Positions 1 through 11,900 of a DNA stretch of 64,000 nt are shown one piece after another. This stretch comes from Balanoglossus misakiensis (lineage: Eukaryota > Animalia > Hemichordata). Each line of letters starts with the position of its first letter. Positions within the stretch are counted from its first letter, which is position 1. Where the stretch lies: NCBI GenBank assembly GCA_040954595.2, contig CM082594.2, forward strand, positions 10,854,276 through 10,918,275, given 5' to 3'. The notes under the pieces were generated by a model. That model worked only from the letters and a program-made list of their open reading frames with translations. It did not search any database and was not told the origin of the DNA. A program made the translations under genes and the position numbers.

Positions 1-1063
1 TACATGTAAATATCCCAGGGAACGAACAATATACAAACAGAGAAATCACAGTTCAATTTGAAGCGAACTAACACTAACAGAACAAAGAAAATACATGTAT
101 GTACGGAGTGATCAGGTTTCAATTGAAAAAATACCAACAATTTTGAAATTGGACGTCACTGGATACCATCAGCACTGTGGGAGTGAGATATAAAGATCAC
201 AGAAACAAATGTACAAGTTTAGACCATGACACATGGTATTTATTGAACTTGATAGTGCAGAACATAATATTGTTTCCATGGTTTAAAATCAACAAATTTA
301 CAGAAATTTTGCAGCATACACAAAAGAAATTAGAAACACCCTCAAAAGACTTCTATCTGTCAGGAAAAATTGAATAATGCTGCTCAATAATCCAAATTCA
401 GTCTATTATTTTCAATAAATTTACTTGTTTTAATAGTAAGCAGCATTAGAAAACTTCAACTTATTAGGCAAACATTAATTTATTGCTTTGTCTATGATTT
501 TATTTAAAAATGCAGCAAAAATCTCTGGCAGAATCAGTCAATTATTTTATTTACCTTTCTCAACTAGGGATGCATTGTATTTCTAATGCCCTACAAAAAG
601 GTCTCAAAAACACAACTGTTATCAGGTAGAATATCAAGAGTTGCACCATTTGAAAACTGACTGAGAGTTGGTGTGTGAGGGAGAAGTAAGTCAACATCAT
701 TACATGGTTTCAAAACAATATAATGTGACCTCAATGTTGCGATAGGCCGACTCTTGATTCTGCTGTAGATACAGCCCAACAGACTTTTGGCACATTTTAT
801 TTTGGTCAATTGAAGATAAAAATGCTACAAATTCTTTTCCAAAAAAACTTTCTGTTATTCTCTGGTTATTATTACACCTCCATTTTATCGCTAATTTCTG
901 TCCACTCATCATCTGATGACGAATCAATTCTCCATTTCAGCAACATTCCAATCATAACAATTGAGACTCCTGCATGTCCGAATTCACACTAATGCCACGT
1001 CCAGATTCCCTTGGTAAATCTTGCAAGATCTTCGTATATTTCCTCCATGATGGCTAATGATTA

Positions 1064-3052
1064 TCATGATCCACCGTGGAAAATTTTAAACTGCCTGAGA
1101 GTCCTCTGGGTGATGTCAAAGGTCGTGAAGCTCACGCCCACCGCGATGGGCCCCTTGATCCAGTTCATACTGAGTCCTTTGTAAAATCCGCGCACGATGC
1201 CTTCTCTGGTGAACACAGTGATTACCGTGTTGATGATCGTTTTGTAGAGATGACCGTAGCTTTTGACTCCGGCCGTCTGCATTCGCCTGCGGACAATGTC
1301 CAGTGGGTATGACGCCGATTGTCCAAAGAGGCCGGCTAAAGCACCAAAGGCCATTCGTTCGTACGGGGCGGGCTCTGCTCCCTGGTTGCGTTCTGTACGG
1401 TCAAGAAACAAAAGAATGAAGGGATGAACATGAACTAGTATCACGAAAAAAAGATTCTGTTGGGTTGCTTTTATCAATGAGCGAGTGCTACATGCATTTA
1501 AGCATTTTATATTTTACAGCTAATGTCCCTGTAACTAATCTTGAAAGAACACCTGATCAATACTATTCATCATAATAATGTAACAGCAGAGAATTCTTCA
1601 GCCTCCTCACCTAGATGAAATTTCTTCAAGGTTTCATACGTAAAGAAACTAATCCCACCATATGGCAGCACACCGATGACGGTTGGTAAGAAACCCCTGT
1701 AGAAAGTTCGTACTCCTTCCGTCGTGTAAATTTTCCAAAACACACTGGAAAGGGTGTTGTACCTTCAGGAACAAAACAAAGTGTATTCCGGAATATTTGT
1801 TATGGAAAACGTACCATGCAGTGAGACCTGTCTACATTTAACCCTGTATAACCTGGAAACCCATCCATTCTGAACAACTTTTCTAGTCTCTGCATAATTA
1901 GTGCACTATTAAAACTACAGTGTACTTACGTTTGTTTATGTGTGACAGCCATCCTGGCCCTTGCAAGATCCAACGGATAGGTACATGTCACTGCTGTAGC
2001 ACCAGCCATAGAACCTGCCAGAAACCTGTACCCTGGATCTAACACCCTAGAAACACCAAAAAAAATGGTATTTTTATTGAACATTGTTATCTCCACTATA
2101 GATGTCACAATTTAGACGAATTTTACAATTTCCAAAGTGGACTGTGAGGAGACCCACACATTTCAGACACTGAATACTTACTTTCCATCGGTTGCTCCAA
2201 AAAATCGTTTAATCTGTTCATGGGAAGCATACTGCAATGCCGCATAGGGCACAATTCTGGCCATGGTGGCCGAGTTGCCTCGCCATAGATTGAAGAATCC
2301 TTCACTTTTGTACGTGGTGATCAGGACCTGCAGAGCTGCTCTGTAGGAAAATACTTTGTGCGATGCTGTAAAGACACAGAGAAAAATAATACTGCTGTAG
2401 CTGCATGTGCGTTGAAAAACTTCGATGCACATTTGAAGGATGTGAAACAATTAAAATTTAGTGCTAATTTGTATATCTGTGACATCACTGGGCAACCACA
2501 CTTTAAACTGTCTACTTACTCTGAAATATAATTTTTGTTCTATCCAGTGGAGCAATGGTTGTCTTGGCGACTGCACCTGCGATGGATCCAGCCGTAAGGG
2601 ATGTCAGCACCCGATTTTTATTACTTATCTGTAAGAAATAAAGAAAAGAATTTGTCTGTTAGATGTCAAGATTAAGTTGAACCATGCCTGCTACATTGCG
2701 AACACTTTGCTGGAATAAACGCATGGCCAATTGATTATATGTAGGGATAAAAAGAATGAATATGGTTTACTATTTATGGAGCAATTGTTTCAGTTATTTT
2801 TAGATCTGATGATACCCAGTATAGTCGTGGTATTAAAATAGCATCAGTTTTACACAGTTTAAACTGAAGTCTTTTGTGAAATATCTGTTCTCGTCTGATG
2901 TTGTTTCTGACAATAATCCCTTGTTCAAGGCGCAAGAATACCTGTGAATCGTTGACATCTGGAACTCTAGTAGTTGCTTTAGTGGCAGCCGTGCGTACTT
3001 CATCGATGTCCAAACTGTGTGGATCTTCCTTCACTGTGGCTGATTCTATCAT
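1064..3052 (-). CDS. SLC25A42: Mitochondrial coenzyme A carrier SLC25A42-like, 6 coding exons, ~333 aa
   Basis: Exons 2942-3052, 2520-2628, 2182-2365, 1930-2046, 1611-1762, 1064-1392; all introns GT-AG, total 1002 nt in frame. Three mitochondrial-carrier signatures (APLDRTK, YPLDLAR, YPLDIVR) plus [20 protein letters not shown] and [17 protein letters not shown], typical of SLC25A42. Confidence 0.92.
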
Positions 3053-3989
3053 GACTCCGCCTTTACCTTCACATTATTGGAAAATACTGATTTTTCAAAA
3101 AACTGTAAAAAAAAATACAAACCACAATGTTTTTAGTGTCATCAAGAATATCCTGTTGTTTGAAGCACTGTCACATCATGTTGGTCTAGACAATAAACAC
3201 ACTGGGGAAAACCCAGCAATGGTTTCAATTGAACAACTCAGCCTACAAACCATTAATTACCCAAAGTCCCTCCATACGCAGACGTAAACAAATATGTGCT
3301 AGGAACCAAAGTCCCATGATAAAAACCAGCTTATATCATAGCCAGTTGTTTTTATCAGTGACGATATAACTTTTAATCAAGATCTCAAGGCTAATTCAAT
3401 CTTGATATCAACATGCCAAATGTTGACATCCACACCTATTTAATTAAAACTGTCCTGGGGTTTGATGCAACTAAAACCTGGCATAGTCATAGTTCAAGAC
3501 AGACTTTAAACAGTACTGTGTTCTTTCCAGCTTGATACAGTAACCTTGACCATGACCTTGGCAGTCAGTGATACTTGGCACTGAATCACACAATTCTTTC
3601 ACGCACCTGATCAGAGAATTCCAAAACTGCACCAACAACACCATGCATCACATGCGCAACTACACTAAATATTCACCACAAACAACACTCCTACACCTTG
3701 TATGAGGGACTACTAACACAACGTTTTGCTTATAGCCCCGATTACTATCAATGACAAGTACAAAGTTCCACCGGTCCAAAATTTCAGACACGGACTCTGG
3801 CCAACCCTCGCTATGGCTTGACCCATATTACAAAAGTACATAGTACGCAGTTTGTCTGCACCAGACGTGACTGACATACATGTACAATGCGTGACCCACT
3901 CACCGGTCACGCTAGAAGTATGGAAACAGAGAAACGAGTTTACGTCAACTCCCGTAAACTCTTCATACCATCCCCGTACAAAATATGTG

Positions 3990-4510
3990 TACTTTCTACA
4001 GGCAAAAGAATACTCACTCGTTAACACATTGCATCAGAGTTGCACGTCGTATGTCCGTGAAGTTGTCAAGTAAGCAGCCATATTGGATGACATAGGTCAA
4101 TGGACGTCCTCGAACTTCATGAAAACGAATGAAATTTATGTTACAAATAAAAACGGTTAAATGCTTACATTATTAGTAAATTGTGGTTATATTGTAACGC
4201 TTATGTTTCTACATCTTTATAAGAGCAAAGGATAGCGTTCTTGTCTTCTTTATGTGTAAAAATACTTTAACTCGTGACAGAGGTCGATACAGATTAAGTG
4301 TTATAAACATGGTAGGTTCCAGTGTGAAAACTTTCTCGCACATTTCTTTCACTTTTCGTCAATGTTTTTGATCGTTTAGTATAACTGGTATATTCTTTTG
4401 TTTAACAGGCGCACGTGTTAACACAGAAACAGATAGACGGTGAGTAGCAGTTTCGTGTCTGGAATGTTTTTATATTCGAGTCCAGGTGTAAAACCGGAAG
4501 TGGTGGCTTT
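3990..4510. promoter_or_regulatory. Putative bidirectional promoter region of SLC25A42 and CALML4
   Basis: Divergent genes; CpG-richer stretch; minus-strand donor-like GTGAGT near 4012-4017 (likely SLC25A42 non-coding exon 1); YY1-like GCCATATTG near 4077; ETS motif CCGGAAGTG near 4494-4502. TSS positions are inferred. Confidence 0.5.
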
Positions 4511-5930
4511 TGCACATAAATCTTCACAGGTGCATGGACTGGTGTAATGAATTCACAGACTTTGCTATAACCAGTTACCCTATATGTTACTGCAGAACGA
4601 ATTAAGTGTTAGTTAACTGCTAGTAAAGGACTCTTTGGCGTCCGATTCCGTTTACTTTGAAAGTTGTAGAGTTAACAGGTAATCAACCACACCCACTCTG
4701 GCACTCACTCAGGTCATTTTCAAGGCCCATTTTAATGATTTGAAGTTATATGTCGAATTAAGAGGGACTATAGTGATTAAAATTTGTTGAAAACCCAGTC
4801 ATCAAAGCCATAATTAGATTTAGGACAATTTTAAGTCCACATAGCCAGTAGGTACCGTCCACATTGTAGGCCACACCCTACTGCCATGCCCTGGGTGTGT
4901 AGAGGGTTTGAGTGTATGTCAATGACTGTGACTAAAATATATACCAGATTATATAATAATCTTAATTGACATTCAATCACATTTGTTTCTACCTACAGAG
5001 TTCAAAGAATGTTTTTCTCTGTATGACCGAACGGGAAAAGGGGTCATCAATAAGAAGGATCTGACAACAGTAATGAGGTCACTGGGTACTAATCCTACTA
5101 TAGTGGAAATCAAGGCGTACCACAAGAAATATGAGAGAGGTTAGCTATTCAGTTCTTTACAAGTGGTATTTTGCAGTGGTCTTTGTGCAGTGGCTAGAGT
5201 ACTGGTCTCATGGTCAGATAATTGTGAGTTGGAGACCTGGACAAGCCATGTTGTGCCTTTGAGTATTCAAAATACTTAGCAGTGATTGCTGAGGAGACTT
5301 TTGCAAAATCAATGAAATTAAAAAGTTTTGACAATGTTCATTTATTTTTTTCCCCATATTTCAGCTGATGGAAAGGTGCATTTTGACGACTTTCTCGCCA
5401 TCATGCATGAGCAGTTGAAATCAGAAGACCCAACAGCAGAAATACTGGAAGCATTTAGAAGAACAGACAAACAGAACAGAGGGTTTATTCTGGCCAAAGA
5501 ATTCAAACACATCATGACCAGTATGGGTGAAAAACTCTCTTCAAAAGAAGGTAAGTCACCTGGAAAAAATTCTGCTTTATTGAGTCACTCTCTCCCAACA
5601 GACAATGGAGTGTTTTATGTCTAGTTTAACCTTTAACCCTGTCCCTTTATTTGTGGTTGTGACTATACAATTGAAAGCAGCAGGATTGAACCATGCTGTC
5701 GACAACAAGAGGGTTTGGCGAAAGTTTGGTGGTGAAATGTTGTACAAAAATATCTCAATCAGTTTAAATGTCAGATGAAGGATACTTTCTCTGTGAGTAC
5801 GTCTTGATTGATAAAATATATGATGTCTTTTTTTCCAGTTGATGAACTCTTACGGGAAGCAGGAGTCCCAGCGAATGGTTTTGTCAAGTACGAGGAGTTT
5901 GTGAGAATATTCACTCGGCCAATCTCTTAG
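4309..5930 (+). CDS. CALML4: Calmodulin-like protein 4, 5 coding exons, ~150 aa
   Basis: Exons 4309-4311 (ATG only), 4409-4439, 4999-5139, 5365-5550, 5839-5930; calmodulin-type gene structure. Translation [26 protein letters not shown]...[38 protein letters not shown] has degenerate EF-hands and the KECFSLYD and ED-P-EIL segments characteristic of CALML4. Confidence 0.85.
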
Positions 5931-8924
5931 CCATTCATACATATAATTTGCATTTCTTAATAAGAGTAAACATCAAGGCAATCATTCCAAGTGTAAGTTC
6001 TTATGATAAAAGCAATACTGTACAATCAACCTTTGTATGCACTATTTTGATAGAAGTTGATTCTTCTTTGAATCTGCCATGTTTTTTTGTGCGCATTATT
6101 TGATATCAAGGTACCGTACTGTAATTGTCATGGATTTGTTTTTAGCATTGGCATTGGCAAATACAATCTTGGTGAGAAATATTTAATGTATATTCCAATC
6201 AAAAGAAGTAAAAGGAGCATTATAAAGAACCAACATGTACTTTGGACCATTTTACCGATTTGTTTGTACTTCCGTTGAAACTTTGACAGAGAAAATGAAA
6301 TACACTATTTTCATAAAATCTTTTGTGGATCTTTACTACATTTATCTGTCCAAGAGGTTCTATTCTGAAACTTTCTCATATTTATAATTAGTACTGCATT
6401 TTCTAATTACATGTATATCCAGTGTATAAACATGCATGTTTGGGATATTACATGCAACCCAAAGGGAGAATGGATGTGAACTGTGGGGGCGCTATTGCTT
6501 ACATCGAATCCGAAGCTTGGAATAACTTTCTTTGATAGAATATTTATCAAAATAACCCTCTTTTTCTCATGTAAAACGATAATTTGTATATTTTGAAAAC
6601 TTTATGCAGTTCTTTGAAATGTAAAATCTAGATCTTTCTGTATATAATGTGACACAGAAATGCAATAAAGCCACCTTTTGTAGAATTTTTTGGATGTACA
6701 TCATATGTCATTTTCCTTCAGGAAAAAATATCTAGACAAAAGATGCAATGAAAGTTGCTATCAGACACTTGCTCTTGATAAAAACATGACTACCTTTAAT
6801 ATAAGAAACATTGAAAACGGTTTAAAAGGCACATGCTCACAACAATATTGAATACAAAAAAATCATGGCACTTCATGTTAAACCACTGTGATAATTACAA
6901 TGATCTAATGTGATAACATGCAAATAATATGTACATCTGATGTGATCGAGGTTTCTACAGTAAATGGGATATAACAAGGTGAAAATTACTCTAGCTATAA
7001 GAAAAAAGTACAGCTGAGAAGTTAAACATTCAGATCGCAATGGTCATGTCCAAAATGCCTTTGCATCCCCAATAAAAAGACAATCAGAAACTTTTCCTAG
7101 TGCGTGATCTTGAAAACAGCTTTACTGAAATATTGCAGGTAAATACCCACTGAGGCAGAGAGATAGGGCTTTAAAAAGATTGAATGTGGACAAGCAGCCC
7201 ATGTGAATTTAATAAGTGAAAGTGCTCATTCATTCATAATGAAAACAAAAGTGCATTTTCAAAGGCAGATTAGTTTGTTACAGTATGAATATTAATCAAC
7301 AGTTGTGAATTTTAATGATCATGAATATTAATCAAACATCAATGAAAAAAAGTAATATGGGTACAGTTCATATTATATACAAATTAATTGCTACAGACCT
7401 CTTAATCACCATGGTGATCACAGATGCCAAACAATATTTTCTGATATGTATCTTTGGTCGTCTATAAACTTCCTGAAATAAATACTCAGGAATAAAAAAA
7501 ATATAAACTACAAACCAGGTAAAGTATATACATACATGAACAGAATCAAAATATAGTCTATCATACTATAAATGTTATAAGAAAGACATGACCTGTGAAC
7601 TTTGACCCCATAGTTAAGGTTGACCAATCAAAATACAGCATGGTCAAGTTACCGAAATTTTAAATGTATGAAGTGGAATGAAAGAGATTAAGTTTTAACA
7701 GTAGTTAAAAAACGGATAACTGTTTCAGCATTGAAAATATCTGTTGACGAAATACGGGTTGTACAAACGTCTCTCCCCATTGCAGGATTCCTGAACTTGT
7801 GGTGTGATCCTAATAGGCAAATGACTTGATACAGAGACCACGGATGAAATGATAGACACATAAAATACAAATGTCACAAAGTGAATGCACATTGCACTTT
7901 GCATCATTATCACCTGGCAACATCATTTATGGTGTTCAGTTGCCACGTCTTACAGCCTCTCAGAGAAAGTCGCCAATAATTCAGTTAAAAGCTAGACTGA
8001 TTTTCGTTTCTTTTCCGACTGTGTAAAAAAAAGAACTGTTGAAAGAGCTACTCCTAGTTCCTCCTATGAAGGAGTTGAAAGACAAGGGTGATCAAGTTTA
8101 ATAACAGTTTGAGCGACAAATTTGCCCGTTGGCAAATTTACAAACAGACCTTAACCCAAAATTACATCTCAAGGACAAATTGCAAACAGCACACATCCAG
8201 AACATTGCAGATATATGTCACATATAAATACATACGAAAAATTTCCGATTCAAATATTTACAGATAATGATCTACACAATTTTATAAAATTTTCATATCC
8301 AATTTTGATTCACTTTCTGTCAAGATTTAAAAAACAATCATTTTCTGTTCTATGGAAATTTCATAACTTGTAAAATTTCTTTTTAAAAAATTGCACACCT
8401 TTGTGTTAACACCCTGTCTTTTATGAAATCATCGATGGCCATCATCACAAAGTCGGCAATTGATAAAATTCCCTGATTGCTGCCAGTAGGAAATTCATTT
8501 CACAAAGCCAACCTACCAAAGAATCATATTTGTAGGTTTCAGCTGGTGAAGTCTGCCCTAAACATGGGAGAATGTTTGACTCAAATGACGCATCAGTTTC
8601 AAATTCAAGCCGTGGAGATCAGACGCATCTAAGACAAACATTTTTCCTCATCCTTGATCCAAGGCAATTGTGTACTTTTTTTATTATTTTCATTTTTTTT
8701 CATGAAATTCAAAACACAAAAATAACAATAGGATTTTGTAAATGTTACAGGTCAATCCTCTGCCTGAGAATTAATATATTCAGAACAAGCAAAAAAGTAA
8801 GATTCTGATATCCAATCAGAATACACGATAAGAACGACAGCCAATCAGAATCCACGAGTTTCAAAAAGTTTGTACTTTGATTGGCTGTTGCTAGGATACT
8901 CTATATACACACATCATTGACTCC

Positions 8925-11900
8925 TTAATATTGAGACATAAGAGCTTGTGCTTCTGCTTCCTGCTGTTGAATACGACGGCGACGATTCCGTCTCTGGGCC
9001 AGCTTTTCCTGGAGATCCTGATCAGCTCTGGCCTTGTTGACTGTCTGTGCCTTATCCAGTTGGGCCATCTCTTCCTCGTGTTGTTTCTTCAACTCTTCAA
9101 TATTACCTGTGAAACACACACACACACAAACTGAGATCGTCTGCAGATGTCGACTGGTAAGATCAAAGCTTGGCCGTTTATCATTTCTGTAAATACTGTA
9201 AGTACTGAGCATTTGTTCTGTATATAATTCTGAGAACTTGATCTGACTTCTTTGATGGTTTGTGGAAGAATGACATTTGAACTCACCAAAGATGTCACTT
9301 GAGTCTGGTGGCGGAGCAAGTTCACTCTGTGGTAGAGGGGTAGGCGCTGCTTCATCTGAGCCGTCCGTAACATCCTGATACCAGATGAAAGATCGGATAA
9401 TATTCGTGAATATAAGGGCTTAGTTTCATGAGAAATTATATGGTCGACACAGGCAGAAATGGAGGAACTATGGTGCAGCTGTTTTGTGTACCTGGAAATC
9501 TAAATTCAGTGCATCAGTTGCAGTTTGGAAACAAAGTGAGAATGGTAACACTTGATGATATGCCAGCCCCATTTTGCTGCATTCAACCAAAAACATTCTG
9601 GTTTCTTACCCCAGCTAAGTCGCCAGCTTGAGACACTGCATCAGCTTCCATCACTTTCATTAACTCTTCATCGCCTTCATCGGGTTCTGAAAGAAAATTG
9701 AAACAACTACGTGTTAAAACAGAAACCGTAAAGCATGAAATTTCTTCAACACAAGACAGCACCACAGCTCATGTTGGTTCCTTTCAGTACTAGTCCATTA
9801 GCTACCCATTTCAATATGACAAACACCCACTGCATTCCAAAGTCATGAGCAGATTAAGCATCCTCCGGTCACATGCAAATGAGCTGGTCATTTCGTGCAC
9901 AATTCATGAGCTGATTCATGTTATATGCAGATTAGCTGTGATCACTGCAGGTGGTATGCAGATATTAGTGAATCACTGCAGGTCAATTCAGGTTATATGC
10001 AGATTTCCCACTAACTGGGCAGCAAAAGTGCAAAATTACTAAAAATCACACACATTCTGAGAAAAAAAATCATTAGTCACAAAAGTCTGCCACATCTTTG
10101 TTACTTGTGATTGGCAATGTAGCAACCAGCTATTACTTTTGTCTACATTGCTGGTTGATTGGGTTGGCTTGTAAGCTGCTTCATATGAATGTGTGTGATG
10201 ACTATGTGTTGCCAGTTGATTGGGTTGAGGTGTACTGTGACGCAGGTTAATCAGTTTGTGAATTTTACACCGCAGTGCAGAACACTATAATAAATTGCCA
10301 GTACATTGGTCTGCATCAAGAGAACATGATCTAATACCAAGCGTTCAGGCTACGAGCACAATGGATGCAGCAATGATTTGAGGGGAAATTTCTTTTTCAA
10401 ATAGCAACTGTATGCTACTGAAAGAGTAACAACACTCACCTCGTAAACTCATGACTATATTAGTGAAAAAGGAACAGAAAAATATCTGTTGGTGTCTAGT
10501 TCACAGAATCGATGCAATGCGAACAATTATATCATCAATAAAACAAATCAAATCTCAGATGGTTTTCATATCATTAAAGAGAGTAAAACTATTTCAGTCG
10601 GGGAAATGGTAAATATTAAATTATTTTTGCTGCAGCGTGGGCAGGATAATGGATGAGTAATACGACAGTTATCCTTATTGATTGAATTATTGATCAGAAA
10701 AACAGTACTTGAGATCAATATTTTCGTGTCAAAAGAACTATTTTCTAGATTACGTTCCCATTATGAATGTAAAATGCATTTGCAAAAACAATTTCACTAT
10801 AGTGCTTTGACACAAACATTTTTCAAACCTCTCAGACAAGAAAGTCTTGATAAGATGGAACAATATTATTTGGAGCCTACATCAGAATGATTTTCATGTT
10901 TTTACTGCTGAAAGGCATCAATTATTCAAATAAAAAAGATTATCGCTACTTCCAGACGATATGTTTACAGGGAGATATTAGAAATGATCACAAAACACAC
11001 AAGTGCATATTAAAGTCAACCGATGTGCACTGGGTTTTTTGAGTAAGATTCTTAAGATGCATATACACCTATGATCTGGAAGTCTCTGAGCCAGACTATT
11101 ATCTGGTTAGGATAAAAATAAATCAATTAATTTCATATCGGAAAGTAATAAATGCTTTTGTCTGGACCACACATTACCTGGTGATCCTATTTGTGTATCA
11201 AAATCTGTAGTGACTTCTGTTCCTTGCTTCAGTTTAATCTTTTCCTTCATCAGCCTCATCCTTTCTTTCCTCAACTGTTGCTTCTTCTCGTTCACCATCT
11301 TGGAAGCATTTGTCAGATCCTTCAAGATGGTGCCATTAATGACCTAGAGATGGTAATTAATCACATATATGGATATTGGTGGTTTTGCTCAAACATGTAA
11401 AAGATGTACCCCTGTAACAGATACTCAAAAATAATCACTAAACTACCATTTAGTTCGAATGTTGTGTAAACAGCTCACAGCTGCCTATACAAGAACATTT
11501 CTTCTTAATAATACCTGATCGAACCACTGTATAAGAGCAGCAGCCCTCCGATGTGTCGTGACATAGCACTGCATGGCATGCTGGTGTCGTTGAGGTGTCC
11601 TCATGTCGCTGAAGATGTTTGCGACGGCAGTGTTTAGCGTGACCATCTCCGCCGGTGTGCAGTACGGGAATTTGATGGTGTGCAAATAACGCTGTGCACT
11701 GGTGATGTTCTGTGACGCTGCGATGAGGTTGTTGCGAGTCTCAGCCGATGCGTGGTACAGCGCGTTCAAGTTGCTGTCAGAACAAAAATATACCAGTCAG
11801 TCACTCACTCACTCATAATGACGTAAAATTTCCCTCCATTTCAATTTATTCTAACGATGCGTGACCGTACATCTGACATATATCATAATGGAGTAAAACT

